DNA from: an uncultured Gammaproteobacteria bacterium
GTDB lineage: Bacteria > Pseudomonadota > Gammaproteobacteria > JACCXJ01
Direction: 5' to 3'
Assembly (NCBI GenBank): GCA_963764725.1
Contig: CAVXTM010000011.1
Span: forward strand, 32,001 to 96,000
DNA length: 64,000 bases
Below, piece by piece: positions 38,575 through 48,777 of the stretch (position 1 is its first letter; each line of letters begins with the position of its first letter). The translations under genes were made by a program, and so were the position numbers. Below the pieces are notes generated by a model that was given only the letters and a program-made list of their open reading frames with translations, had not been told where the DNA came from and made no database searches.

Positions 38575-38910
38575 ATGCGGAAACGTCGTATGTATAAAGT
38601 GATCTTTCATAACCAAGGCCGGATCTACGAGATCTACGCAAAGAACGTCGTGCAGAGCGGTATGGTCGGCTTTATCGAGGTCGATAAGCTGGTGTTCGGA
38701 ACGCGCTCTACCTTGGTCGTCGATCCTTCCGAAGACCAATTGAAATCGGAATTCGGTGGCGTCAACCGCACCTATATTCCTCTGCATGCCATCATTCGTA
38801 TCGATGAGGTCGATAAGGAAGGCCAGGTTAAGGTGACACAGGCAAGCGCCGACGGCACTAACGTTACGCCGTTTCCAATCTTCACCCAAAAGGACACGAC
38901 GAAACGCTGA
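38575..38910 (+). CDS. DUF1820 protein
   Basis: YKVIFHNQGRIYEIYA, VVDPSE.LKSEF, IIRIDEV. Confidence 0.9.
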   Translation: MRKRRMYKVIFHNQGRIYEIYAKNVVQSGMVGFIEVDKLVFGTRSTLVVDPSEDQLKSEFGGVNRTYIPLHAIIRIDEVDKEGQVKVTQASADGTNVTPFPIFTQKDTTKR

Positions 38911-38928
38911 GAGCTTGGCGCCTAGCGT

Positions 38929-39135
38929 CTATTCGAGCGCGATGGTGTCGGCAATCGTGTGGCGTAGCCCCAGGCCGCCGACCTCCAAAGTGATCGTCAC
39001 CGCCAGCCGCTCCGCACCGCTGAGTTGACCCGCGGCGATGCCCTCCCGCACGGCGCGCTCGAGCTCGCGCTGGGAGCTAACGCCGACCTTCTTTAGAAAC
39101 TTCCGCACTTCCAGGTTGAATGTGTCCTCGTTCAT
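38929..39135 (-). CDS. DUF6494-like small protein
   Basis: MNEDTFNLEVRKFLKKVGVSSQRELE; GGAGG RBS. Confidence 0.8.
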   Translation of the reverse strand: MNEDTFNLEVRKFLKKVGVSSQRELERAVREGIAAGQLSGAERLAVTITLEVGGLGLRHTIADTIALE

Positions 39136-39282
39136 GGTTGGCCTCCGGAGTTCGTGAATAAATCTGCATCCCGACCACGACGATTCATTTATACCGTTCT
39201 AGCCGGGGTTTCTTGTCAATCTCGCCCCCTCAACCAATAATAGCGCATGGCCACCAGCACAACCTGAAACGCTGTCTACCCA

Positions 39283-39924
39283 TTGCCTGAAATGCCGGAA
39301 ACTCGCACACAGATCACAGGACTGATCCTGGCCGGCGGGCGCGCGCAGCGCATGGGGGGGCAGGATAAGGGGCTGTTGCCCTTGGCCGGCCAGCCGCTGG
39401 TTGTTCACGTCATCGCGGCCCTCGCGCCCCAGGTTTGCGACATCGTCATTAACGCCAATCGCAATGCCGAGGTGTACTCGAGCCAGGGCTACCGCGTCTT
39501 TGCGGATGCGGTCGGCGGGTATTGCGGACCCCTGGCGGGGATCGAAAGCGGCCTGCGTCTCGCGGCCACCCCCTATCTGCTGAGCGTGCCGTGTGATTCT
39601 CCGTTCTTGCCCCCGGCGCTTGGTCAGCGGCTTTATGCCGCCCTCACCGAGGCGGACGCCGAGATTGCGGTGGTCCACGACGGCGAGTGGATGCAACCGG
39701 TATTCGCGCTCATCACCCGCAGTCTGCGATCGTCTTTGTCGCGTTTCCTCGCGAGTGGTGGCCGTAAAATCGACCGCTGGTACGCGCAGCACCGGCTTGC
39801 GATTGCGGACTTCTCCGATACCCCCGAGGCCTTTGTCAATCTCAACACACCGGAAGAGCTCGCGGCCGCCGAAGACACGATGACCGGCCGGCGGCCGGCC
39901 GCGGCCGGAGCTATACCACCATGA
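39283..39924 (+). CDS. mobA: Molybdenum cofactor guanylyltransferase
   Basis: ILAGGRAQRMGGQDKG, GPLAGI, VPCDSPF, NLNTPEEL. Confidence 0.96.
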   Translation: MPEMPETRTQITGLILAGGRAQRMGGQDKGLLPLAGQPLVVHVIAALAPQVCDIVINANRNAEVYSSQGYRVFADAVGGYCGPLAGIESGLRLAATPYLLSVPCDSPFLPPALGQRLYAALTEADAEIAVVHDGEWMQPVFALITRSLRSSLSRFLASGGRKIDRWYAQHRLAIADFSDTPEAFVNLNTPEELAAAEDTMTGRRPAAAGAIPP

Positions 39925-41186
39925 GCGCGAAGACCCCACTCGCGCCGAGCTGCGCGGATGACCACGATCCGGACTCGCTGGCGCCCGATCTGGCGCTAAA
40001 GCGCATTTTGTCGGAAATTACGCCCTTAAAATCGCCCGAAGTCGTCTCGGTGCGCAACGCGCTCGGGCGGATACTAGCGCGCGAAATCGTGTCCACCCTC
40101 GACGTGCCCGCGCATACCAATGCTGCCATGGACGGCTACGCGCTCAAAGCGGCCGATCTGCCCCGCGCGGGCGTCGCGGCGCTCAAGCTTCGCGGCACCG
40201 CCTGGGCGGGCAAGCCCTTCGAGGGCGATGTCGCGGCCGGTCATTGCGTCCGCATCTTCACCGGCGCGCTCATGCCTGCCGGCGCGGATACCGTCGTCAT
40301 GCAAGAACAGGTCGAAGCGGCCGGCGATATGATCCGGGTGCGCCCGGGTCAAAAACCAGGTCAGAACGTGCGCCCGGCCGGCGAGGACATTGCGCAGGGC
40401 GAGCATGTGCTCAGTGCCGGAAAACGGCTCATGCCCGCCGATCTCGGGCTTATCGCATCCTTGGGGGTAGGCGAGGTCGCGGTCACGAGGCGGCCGCGGG
40501 TGGCTTTTTTTTCGACCGGCGATGAGCTGCGTTCGATCGGCGAGCCCCTGTCTCCCGGAGCGATCTACGACAGTAACCGCTACACGCTCCACGGGGGTTT
40601 GACGCGCCTTGGCGTCGATCTCATCGACATGGGCGTGGTCCGTGATGTGCGCGAAGCATTGGAGCATGCCTTCGCCGAGGCCGCGGCGAACGCGGATGTT
40701 CTCATTACGACCGGCGGGGCATCGGTCGGAGAGGCCGACTACATCACCGAGACGCTACGGCGCGCCGGCCGGGTAGCATTCTGGAAAGTAGCCATTAAGC
40801 CCGGCCGCCCCCTCGCCTTCGGGCGCGTGCACGGCGCGCATTTTTTCGGTCTCCCCGGCAATCCCGTGTCCGTGATGGCCACGTTTTATCAATTGGTCCA
40901 GCCGGCGCTTCGCCACCTCATGGGCGAAACCGAAATCACCCCCTTGCTCATCAAGGCACGCTGCATGAGCCCGCTCAGGAAAAAACCGGGACGGGTGGAA
41001 TACCAGCGCGGGGTGATCGAGCGCGACGACCAGGGAGAGCTCGTGGTCCACAGCACCGGATCGCAGGGCTCGGCGATCCTTCGTTCCATGAGCGTGGCCA
41101 ACTGTTTTATCGTGCTTCCTACTGATTGGGGCCGTGTCGAGCCGGGAACGCTCGTCGACGTGCAGCCGTTTTTCGGGTTGGTTTAG
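39921..41186 (+). CDS. moeA: Molybdopterin molybdotransferase
   Basis: AMDGYA, FSTGDEL, DSNRY, TTGGASVGEAD, KPGRP, LPGNP. Confidence 0.96.
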   Translation: MSAKTPLAPSCADDHDPDSLAPDLALKRILSEITPLKSPEVVSVRNALGRILAREIVSTLDVPAHTNAAMDGYALKAADLPRAGVAALKLRGTAWAGKPFEGDVAAGHCVRIFTGALMPAGADTVVMQEQVEAAGDMIRVRPGQKPGQNVRPAGEDIAQGEHVLSAGKRLMPADLGLIASLGVGEVAVTRRPRVAFFSTGDELRSIGEPLSPGAIYDSNRYTLHGGLTRLGVDLIDMGVVRDVREALEHAFAEAAANADVLITTGGASVGEADYITETLRRAGRVAFWKVAIKPGRPLAFGRVHGAHFFGLPGNPVSVMATFYQLVQPALRHLMGETEITPLLIKARCMSPLRKKPGRVEYQRGVIERDDQGELVVHSTGSQGSAILRSMSVANCFIVLPTDWGRVEPGTLVDVQPFFGLV

Positions 41187-41617
41187 CCGGTGGTTTTTTC
41201 GACCCAGCGGGCCCCTTCCGCCAACGTCTCCTTCTTCCAAAAAGGCGCGCGCGCCTTGAGGTCTTCAATCAAGAACCGGCAGGCTTCGAAGGCCGCCGAC
41301 CGGTGCGCGGACCACACCGCGATCACGACGATCGGATCGCCCGGTTGCACCTCCCCGACCCGATGAATGATGAGGCCATCGAGGATCGGCCAGCGCGCCT
41401 TCGCCTCCTGGCCAATCTGTTCGAGATGCTTTTCGGTCATTCCGGGATAATGCTCGAGCGTCATGGCGCGGACGGAGGTGCCGTCGTTGAAGTCGCGCAT
41501 CGTGCCCACGAAAACGGCGCACGCGCCGTACGAGCCCCGTTCTCGCGCCAGCGCCTGCTCGTAGCGGATCACCTCGGCCCAGGGATCGATCGCTTGATGA
41601 CGTATCTCGATTTTCAC
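41183..41617 (-). CDS. moaE: Molybdopterin synthase catalytic subunit
   Basis: FVGTMRD, LEHYPGMT, HRVG, SAHR, APFWKKE. Confidence 0.96.
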   Translation of the reverse strand: MKIEIRHQAIDPWAEVIRYEQALARERGSYGACAVFVGTMRDFNDGTSVRAMTLEHYPGMTEKHLEQIGQEAKARWPILDGLIIHRVGEVQPGDPIVVIAVWSAHRSAAFEACRFLIEDLKARAPFWKKETLAEGARWVEKTTG

Positions 41618-41791
41618 CAGATTTCAGCGGTAACGATTCGCGCCGAGCGAAGCCCGGCGCGGCGATACATTATAGTTTACGGCGGGCACTGTAGCATTGG
41701 GGTTTCCAAAGGGGAGTAGTGCAACTCTCCCTTTTGGTCAAAGACGGGGTTCATATACCGCCCGCGAAGTAAAATTGACTAAATTTCGGCG

Positions 41792-43051
41792 ATGCGGCTT
41801 TCACTGTTCGGACATCGGTTTACACAGGCTTCGGGGATCCTCCGGCTCATGGAAGATCTCGGGCAGGCGCTCGCCGTCAACAAGGGCATGTTGATGCTGG
41901 GCGGCGGTAATCCCGCACACATCCCGGAGGTCGAGTCGGTGCTCAAGGCCAGCATGCAGAAACTACTCGATGCACCGGGGGCGCTGGGGCGTGTGATCGG
42001 CGACTATAGCCCGCCCCAAGGAGATCCCGCGTTCATCGAGGCGGTGGCCGATCTCCTGCGCCGCGAGTACGGTTGGAACATAGGGCCACGCAATGTCGCT
42101 TTGACCGGCGGCAGCCAGTGTGCTTTTTTCATGCTCTTTAATATGTTCGCGGGCGCCACGGAAGATGGGCGGAGCAAGAAAATCCTGTTACCGATGGGCC
42201 CCGAATATATCGGTTACTCGAACCTTGGCCTCGCGCCGGATTTCTTTGCCGCCACACCGCCGAGCATGGAGCTCATCGACAAGCATACGTTCAAATACCA
42301 TGTCGCCATGGAGAGCATCGCGTGGGCCGATGAAATAGGCGCCATCTGCGTGTCGCGACCGACTAATCCCACTGGTAACGTCCTGACCGACGGCGAGATG
42401 CAAGCCCTGATCAAACTTGCACGCACGCATGACATCCCCCTCATCGTGGACAGCGCCTATGGCGCGCCGTTTCCGAACATCCTCTTCAGCGAAGTACAAC
42501 CGCTATGGGACGAGTCCGTTATCCTGACGCTGAGCCTCTCGAAGTTCGGGCTTCCGGGGACGCGCACCGGCATCGTCATTGCGCGCGAAGAGGTGATCGA
42601 TGCCGTCGCGCGCATTAACGCGATCATCAACCTGGCTCCAACCAATGTGGGATCGGCATTGATGCTCGATCTGTTCCGGAGCGGCGAGGTGTTGCGGCTC
42701 GGCCGCGAAGTGATCAAACCGTACTATGAGTCCAAGGCTAGGGAAGCGGTCGCGCAACTGACCGACGAACTGGATGCATACCCTTTTCTCCTGCATAAGC
42801 CCGAAGGCGCGATCTTCCTTTGGCTGTGGTTCAAGGATCTGCCGATTACGAGCGAGATCCTGTATCAGCGGCTCAAGGATCGGGGTGTCCTCGTCGTTCC
42901 CGGACACTATTTTTTCCCGGGGATGGCGGAGGCCCCACAGGGGCGGGAATGTCTACGGATAACCTATGCGCAAGCACAAGAGGTAGTTGAGCAGGGTCTC
43001 GCGATCATCGCGGACGAAGTGCGTAAGGCCTACGCGGAGAGACGAGGATGA
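41792..43051 (+). CDS. avtA: Valine-pyruvate aminotransferase
   Basis: SGILRLMEDL, MLGGGNPA, PEYIGY, SRPTNPTGN, SLSKFGLPG, HKPEGAIFLW. Confidence 0.93.
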   Translation: MRLSLFGHRFTQASGILRLMEDLGQALAVNKGMLMLGGGNPAHIPEVESVLKASMQKLLDAPGALGRVIGDYSPPQGDPAFIEAVADLLRREYGWNIGPRNVALTGGSQCAFFMLFNMFAGATEDGRSKKILLPMGPEYIGYSNLGLAPDFFAATPPSMELIDKHTFKYHVAMESIAWADEIGAICVSRPTNPTGNVLTDGEMQALIKLARTHDIPLIVDSAYGAPFPNILFSEVQPLWDESVILTLSLSKFGLPGTRTGIVIAREEVIDAVARINAIINLAPTNVGSALMLDLFRSGEVLRLGREVIKPYYESKAREAVAQLTDELDAYPFLLHKPEGAIFLWLWFKDLPITSEILYQRLKDRGVLVVPGHYFFPGMAEAPQGRECLRITYAQAQEVVEQGLAIIADEVRKAYAERRG

Positions 43052-43809
43052 ACGCGAGCCGGCTTCTCAATAAAACCGCCGTCGTCACCGGCGCTAGCTC
43101 CGGGATCGGGCGCGCCATTGCCCGCCTGTTCGCACGGCATGGGGCGCGGGTGGTGGTGAACTATCGGCGCTCGCGTGCCTCGGCCGAGGAGTTGGTGTGT
43201 GAAATCAGGGCGGAGGGCGGGGAGGCCCACGCCCTTCAGGCCGACGTTACCAGCCCCGATGAAGTCACCCGCTTGATCGAGAGCGCTGGTGCGCTCCTCG
43301 GCCGCATCGACATCTGGGCCAACATCGCCGGGGCCGATATCCTGACCGGGGAGGGCGGGTCGCTACAGCCCTCGGAAAAACTCGAGCGGCTGATCGAGGT
43401 CGACCTCAAGGGCACGATTTACTGTTGCTGGGGTGTCGCGCCGCTCATGAAGGCCGCCGGATCGGGGGTCATCCTCAACATGTCCTGGGACCTTGCGCTC
43501 CATGGCATGGAGGGCCGCAATCCGGAGATGTTTGCCGCGGTCAAGGCCGGGGTCCTCGGTTTCAGCAAGTGTCTGGCGCGATCCTATGCGCCCGAGGTGC
43601 GCGTCAACGATCTCGCGCCCGGCTGGATCGAGACGGCGTTCGCAAAAGAGACCATGCACCCCGACGCGTACGAACGGGTCATCGAACGCACTCCCTTGCG
43701 GCGCTTCGGCACCCCGGAAGACGTCGCCCGTGCCGCGCTCTATCTGGCCTCCGACGAGGCCGCGTTCATTACCGGACAGACCGTGCGCGTGAACGGGGGA
43801 CTCGTTTAA
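43048..43809 (+). CDS. SDR-family oxidoreductase
   Basis: TGASSGIG, NIAGAD, FAAVK (atypical YxxxK), APGWI, ITGQ. Confidence 0.9.
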   Translation: MNASRLLNKTAVVTGASSGIGRAIARLFARHGARVVVNYRRSRASAEELVCEIRAEGGEAHALQADVTSPDEVTRLIESAGALLGRIDIWANIAGADILTGEGGSLQPSEKLERLIEVDLKGTIYCCWGVAPLMKAAGSGVILNMSWDLALHGMEGRNPEMFAAVKAGVLGFSKCLARSYAPEVRVNDLAPGWIETAFAKETMHPDAYERVIERTPLRRFGTPEDVARAALYLASDEAAFITGQTVRVNGGLV

Positions 43810-43900
43810 CGGATATGATTTCCAATCTCTTCAACGTCTCTCATTGTCTAACCTTTCAGTCAACCGACGAGGACTCCCCCGTGGCTTATATGCCGTCACG

Positions 43901-44123
43901 CTACTCCGTCAAAAACGCATCCACTTCCACACCCGCCTGCTTGAGGATGGCGCGCAACGTACCTTCCGGCATGTCGCCGGGATGGTTGGGGATCGTGGTG
44001 TAGCGCCGCGTGGCGGGATTAAACCAAATCTCATGAGAGCCCGCGGCCCGGCGGTCAAACTCAAAGCAGTTGCTTCAACCGCTGCACAATCTCCCGGTAA
44101 CGGAAACCGGCTAGCCTCCCCAT
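43901..44123 (-). pseudogene. hicA: HicA toxin, frameshifted
   Basis: MGRLAGFRYREIVQRLKQL / FEFDRRAAGSHEIWFNP..TTIPNHPGDMPEGTLRAILKQAG; length not a multiple of 3. Confidence 0.85.
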
Positions 44124-44275
44124 CAGGTATTGATGATCAGCGGATAGTCGAAGGCCTCTCGTGCCGGCGGCAGGCGCACGCAGGCCGCTTCCTCGGTCTG
44201 CGCCTCGATCAGCTTCTTGGCCACATCGCGCGCGATCTCGATGGTCTCCTCAATGGTGCGGCCCTGGCCCAGTGG
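44123..44275 (-). pseudogene. HicB-like antitoxin with the N-terminus lost
   Basis: QGRTIEETIEIARDVAKKLIEA..FDYPLI; stop abuts the hicA start. Confidence 0.75.
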
Positions 44276-44566
44276 TTCCACAACCGCGGCGCGTCGAGTT
44301 TCGCTAGCACGAAACGTCAAGCCATCGGAAATTCGTTTTTGCATGACTGTTGATAGTTACGCTTTCATAACATTCTCCTGTGACTACTCGGGACATCGAT
44401 TGAAATGAGACGTTGGAATTCCTTTGAAGGGACTGGGCCGCCGCCCCGGATTTGGGACAGGCGGCCCAGTTACCGTGGACCTACTGGTGATTGCAGTATC
44501 CCGGTCCCGGCCGACAACCCGATACGTCATCAAACATGCGGATCAACCTTCGCTGCTGACTTGCGT

Positions 44567-45088
44567 TCACAGTGTAACGAGGTCGTCTAACCCGTAGCTT
44601 GCTGAACCAGGCCGGACCGCGGAGCAGGCAGCCGACGGTTCGCTACACGTGCATTCCGGTTCCTCGCCAAGGATCGGGATGCCGTGGTCGGGATTGCATG
44701 CGAAGCAATCGAAACTCGTACAGTCGAAGGTGACACCCAGTTCCTGCACGATATTTGGGTTCCAGGGCTTCCCGGTAGTACTTTCCGCCAGGGCGAGCCG
44801 GTTGCTCGACAAGCGTGCGAGTTGAAACACCTCGGTCATGCAGGCGCCGTTGATGGTCTTGCCGGCGCGGACCAAGTGATGCTTTTTCGATGTCGCGCTG
44901 TAGCCGCCGTAGATACGCAGTACCGGCCCGCCATCCGCGAACCGGTGCGACAGCAGACCCTCGAAGACAGTGACTTGTTTCGATTGCGGATCGACACTGC
45001 CAACGATCACGACACTGGGTGCAGCGGCTGCCTCGCCCGCAAGTCCGATCGTCGCGAGAGTCAAGACCAACCTGCAAACAACGTTCAT
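44567..45088 (-). CDS. Secreted protein with a Cys-rich C-terminus
   Basis: Signal-like MNVVCRLVLTLATIGLAGEAAA; CTSFDCFAC..ECTC..AC. Confidence 0.65.
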   Translation of the reverse strand: MNVVCRLVLTLATIGLAGEAAAAPSVVIVGSVDPQSKQVTVFEGLLSHRFADGGPVLRIYGGYSATSKKHHLVRAGKTINGACMTEVFQLARLSSNRLALAESTTGKPWNPNIVQELGVTFDCTSFDCFACNPDHGIPILGEEPECTCSEPSAACSAVRPGSASYGLDDLVTL

Positions 45089-45251
45089 GAAACTCTCCCA
45101 AAACACTTTGGCGACCGCGCCCGTAGACGCTCTGGTGTTGCCGGGGGCAGATGACCTGGCCGATCCGATCGCTCCGTTGACTAGCTGCGCCTGCGCCATC
45201 GAGGCGCCGGCTGCGCTGCCTAGAGCAATTACTGCCATGCTTAGTTTTTTA

Positions 45252-46634
45252 GGCTCATCGTGAAAGTGAGTGGGTAGAAAATGGTGTTTTCACAGTACCG
45301 GCAGCATGCAGGTAAGCACCTTGAGGCGCAGGTAATCCTCGTCGCGGAGTCCGTAGGCGCGGCGCTGGATGACGCGGATCTTGTTGTTGAGTCCTTCGAC
45401 GAATCCGAGAGAGATCTTGTTCTCTGGTTTGCAATAAGCAGCGATCCCATCCCAATGGCGCTCGATCATCTCGGCGAATTTCTCGTACGGTTTCAGACGC
45501 TGCCATTTAAGCGCGTTACGCCAGTTCTCGAAGAAACGTCGCGCCCACGCTTCACGCTCGTAGCTCCACAATTGGCCGAAAGATTCCTTGAGCAGATAAG
45601 CAGTGTTCAGCCGCTTGTTGGCGGCGAGGAGCCTCTTCAAGGCAGCTCGACCATCGAGGGTCAGATTCTCCCGCCGGGAGAGCAGGGTATATTTTTGGCC
45701 CTTGATGTAGGTACGTTTCTCGCCGCTGAGTCGGGCGTACTCCCCCTTGCGGACCTTATCGAGCGCTTCGCCCAGATGACGCGTCACGTGAAATTTGTCG
45801 AACAGGATAGCCGCCTGGGGCGCTTGTTCTCTGGTGCTGTTGCGAAACGGCTTCCACATATCCATCACAGCCAAGCGCACCCCCTTGGTTTTACGCGGCC
45901 CCAGCCATTTGAAGAATTCGTCCATGCTGGCCTGAGAGCGGTCAGTCCCGCCAAACCAGATCGGTCGGCCACGGAGGAGATCGCTGACCACGATGCGATA
46001 GGTGTGACCTTTGCGGATGGCGATCTCATCGATGCCGATAACCGCAGGTCCTGGCCGGCCAGCCCGTGCAAGCTGCGCACCCATGTATTGCTTGTCCAAC
46101 TCCTTGACCGTCTGCCAGTCGAGATCCAACTCATCGGCCACCGCCTTGATGGTGCTCGTGCGGCAGCGCCGCCCGACGTAGAAAGCAAAGCGCTTGGTGT
46201 AGAAAGGGTTGTCGGCCAGAAAGTCCAGACGCTCGCGCTTCACCTTGCCGCACTGCCGGCAATCCACACGCCGGACCTCCAACTCCAGCCGCACGTGCGT
46301 ATCCCCGCAGGAGAGATCTCGAACCTGCCGCAGCTTCTTGTCGTACCAACCGCGATGCAACGTACCGCAGACTCCACAGCGTGTTTTTTTGAGCGTCGTA
46401 CAACCGTGACGATGCGCACCTTCGGTTCCCCGAAAACCCCGCGTACCGTTGCTTGTGGACGAAAGCCGTCAAAGGCGTATGTGTCGGTGAGACGACGAGA
46501 GCGTTTGCGTTGGGTAGCCATCGCCACAGCATGCCAGAAATTACCGTCCCTTCAACCGGGCGTAATCCCTTGCGGAGCAAGCCTTGCAGCGTGATCATGG
46601 AAACAAAATTACCCACACGTTTTCACGAAGACCC
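45252..46634 (-). mobile_element. Complete ISL3-family insertion sequence
   Basis: Imperfect IRs GGCTCATCGTGAAAGTGAGTGGGTA and rc GGGTCTTCGTGAAAACGTGTGGGTA; 8-bp target duplication GTTTTTTA at 45244-45251 and 46635-46642. Confidence 0.95.
45290..46521 (-). CDS. ISL3 transposase, split by a probable programmed frameshift at an A7 run (46384-46390)
   Basis: IGIDE, MDMW, DKFHV, EGLNNKIRVIQRRAYG; upstream ORF reads RRSKK at CTCAAAAAAAC. Confidence 0.92.
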
Positions 46635-46947
46635 GTTTTTTAAACATATTCGCTTTCATGATAGACTCCTTACGGTTAGCAATTGCTAACAATTAACTTC
46701 ATAACAACAATGCTGAAATAGTCCTTCGATGGACTCTTCAGCGTGGAAAGCAAAAGTAGGTCTTCTGCTTTCCCCTTTTGTTTTTCAATCATTGCCGGAT
46801 TGAAAAACGCGGTTACGTCCCTGTGCCGCTTGCAGGCTGCCGCAAACCAGCGCGGTTTCCGACAGCCTGTCAATTTCTTTGGTATCCTACGTTTCCTGGC
46901 CTTGTCCCTGACCACCGCGAGAGCCATGCCCTTTCATCTGCTTGCCG

Positions 46948-47903
46948 CTATTTGGTGTCCACCCGGTGTAGCTCTTGACTCAACCGGTTTGCGGCTACCG
47001 AACGAATGGTCTCGTCTACATCAGAAAGCGCCTCTTGAAGCAGGGCGATCCCCTGATCCTTTGGTTCCACACTCTCGACGGCCATGATCCGAACCTCGGC
47101 GGATGGATCCCGCAGGGCCCGCCATAAATGCCTCGGGCCCGCCGCGTATGGCTAGCGCCTGCACGCCATACGTCCTCGTCTGTCAGCGCTGAATCTAGAG
47201 CCGTAACGACAGCGCCGTCCTTGTCACCCGTTCCGCTATCCGTGAGGGCCGCGATGGCTCGGGAACGCATCTGAGGGTCTTCGTCCCGACTCATCGCCAC
47301 GAAATGGTCGATCAACGCTTTATCCATTGGCGGTTCCGCGACGGCTGCAAGCTTATCTGCGCCACCCGTTTCCACGTGCCCCTGCTTGCCATCAACACCG
47401 GCGTTGTTCCGGGGCGCATCCCGTTGCCCGCTGTTACGACCACCTGTGTTTATTTGAATAGTGTCAGCGCCTCCACCCCGCACGTTTCCAAGTACCCATA
47501 CCTCCCTGGGGACAGACGCAGACGCGTACGCCATGCCGTCGTAACGAACCATGAAGTCGGCCTCGCGACCAAATAAGCGCTCTATGGCTTGCCTTACTGG
47601 AAGGCTTGCGAAGGACACGGTCACCAATCCCGCGAACGGCAAGGAGTGGTGAAACCGGATCCCGGTCTGCTCTGTAATCTTGGTTAGCACTTGCGTCCAT
47701 GTTCCCGCCTTTGCCTCAACACTGAGCAGACCGTCTCGAAAGCTAACCCTCACCGTCGTGGCATTAGGACGGTCGGATCTCAGCGTTGCGGAACGGTTGT
47801 CGCGAGAACTCTCCGTCGATGCTTCTGCCGCCAGCCAGGTGGCGAGGATCGCCGGGACTGTAAGGCTAAGGAGCCCAGCTTTACCTAGTGTCATTCTCTT
47901 CAT
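46948..47903 (-). pseudogene. Exported STN/secretin-N0-like plus HEAT-repeat protein, frameshifted near 47170
   Basis: Signal/TM; DGLLSVEA..VLTKITEQTGI..VTVSFASLPVRQAIERL; DEDPQMRSRAIAAL; alternative frame continues ALRDPSAEVRIMAVE..ALSDVDETIRSVA. Confidence 0.7.
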
Positions 47904-47907
47904 GCTC

Positions 47908-48000
47908 AATGCCCATCGCATAACGTTGATAACAAGTCGCTCTCGTCGCATGCCAGGGAATTCGATTCCCCTTGAATCTATATTTCCCGCGCCGCCGGAA
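47908..48000. repeat. Direct repeat copy 1 (~93 bp)
   Basis: About 90% identical by eye to 51751..51840. Confidence 0.9.
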
Positions 48001-48208
48001 AAGGTTCATTTCTGAGAGCCACCGTGTACGCGGACCAGCCGTTACAACGCTAGGAGCAGATAGCAGCGATAAACATCCCAAGAATACGTTCGCATATCCC
48101 GTATGCTTGGAAGCTTGAACAGAGTAGATGAAACGTTATAGAGGAGACCTATCGTACCCCAGGGGGTAATAAACTTGCGCTGGTCGGACATGCGCGTGCC
48201 ATGTCCAG

Positions 48209-48703
48209 CTATTGGTAGTAGAACGCGATGAAGGCGTGGTAGCTGACCAGGATCAAGAGCACGACGGCCAACGAGACATGCACGAGCATCCAGCCGGTCA
48301 GGAACCACCTGTGGCGTATCTTCACGACCTCGTGATTGAGCAATCCCACCGCTAAGTTAGCCAGGTACACGCTGCTCAAGAGCAAGAGATAGGCATGCCC
48401 GAGGCTGTGCGAATGTACGTAGAAGACCAGCGGCGCCAGCGCCCCCCAAGTCTTATGCTGGCTGAGCTTCGCCCGTGCCGCTTCAGCGCGCCCCGTAAGC
48501 CGCAGGCGGGAGAGATACCACTGGTGCGCGAGGTAGCTCAAGAGCAGCAGTCCCGTGAGTTGCTTGGAGGTCTCTCCCGTTTGCAGGGTCACGAGCCACG
48601 CCCATTTGAGGTTGAAGAAGTCCTGGGCCAAGTACGCGGCGAGCAGGAGAAAACCAAGGTAGGAATAGGCTTTTAGAGGTTTGGCCCTGACGGACGGTTG
48701 CAT
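48209..48703 (-). CDS. His-rich multi-pass membrane protein (cytochrome b / ferric-reductase-like)
   Basis: GGGGAG RBS; several TM helices with LAHQW, QHKTWG, VHSHSLGH, LVHVSL, SYHAF. Confidence 0.7.
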   Translation of the reverse strand: MQPSVRAKPLKAYSYLGFLLLAAYLAQDFFNLKWAWLVTLQTGETSKQLTGLLLLSYLAHQWYLSRLRLTGRAEAARAKLSQHKTWGALAPLVFYVHSHSLGHAYLLLLSSVYLANLAVGLLNHEVVKIRHRWFLTGWMLVHVSLAVVLLILVSYHAFIAFYYQ

Positions 48704-48777
48704 ATCACTCCCCTGAACGCTCATGCTTGAATTGCGTGTGACACTCCCAAAGCTCGGCATGCCTGTTATGGCCGGGC

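Noticed and set aside
45281-46594. 437-aa plus-strand ORF
   Set aside because: Antisense shadow of the ISL3 transposase
46680-46945. c-di-GMP riboswitch
   Set aside because: The consensus P1/P2 elements could not be matched
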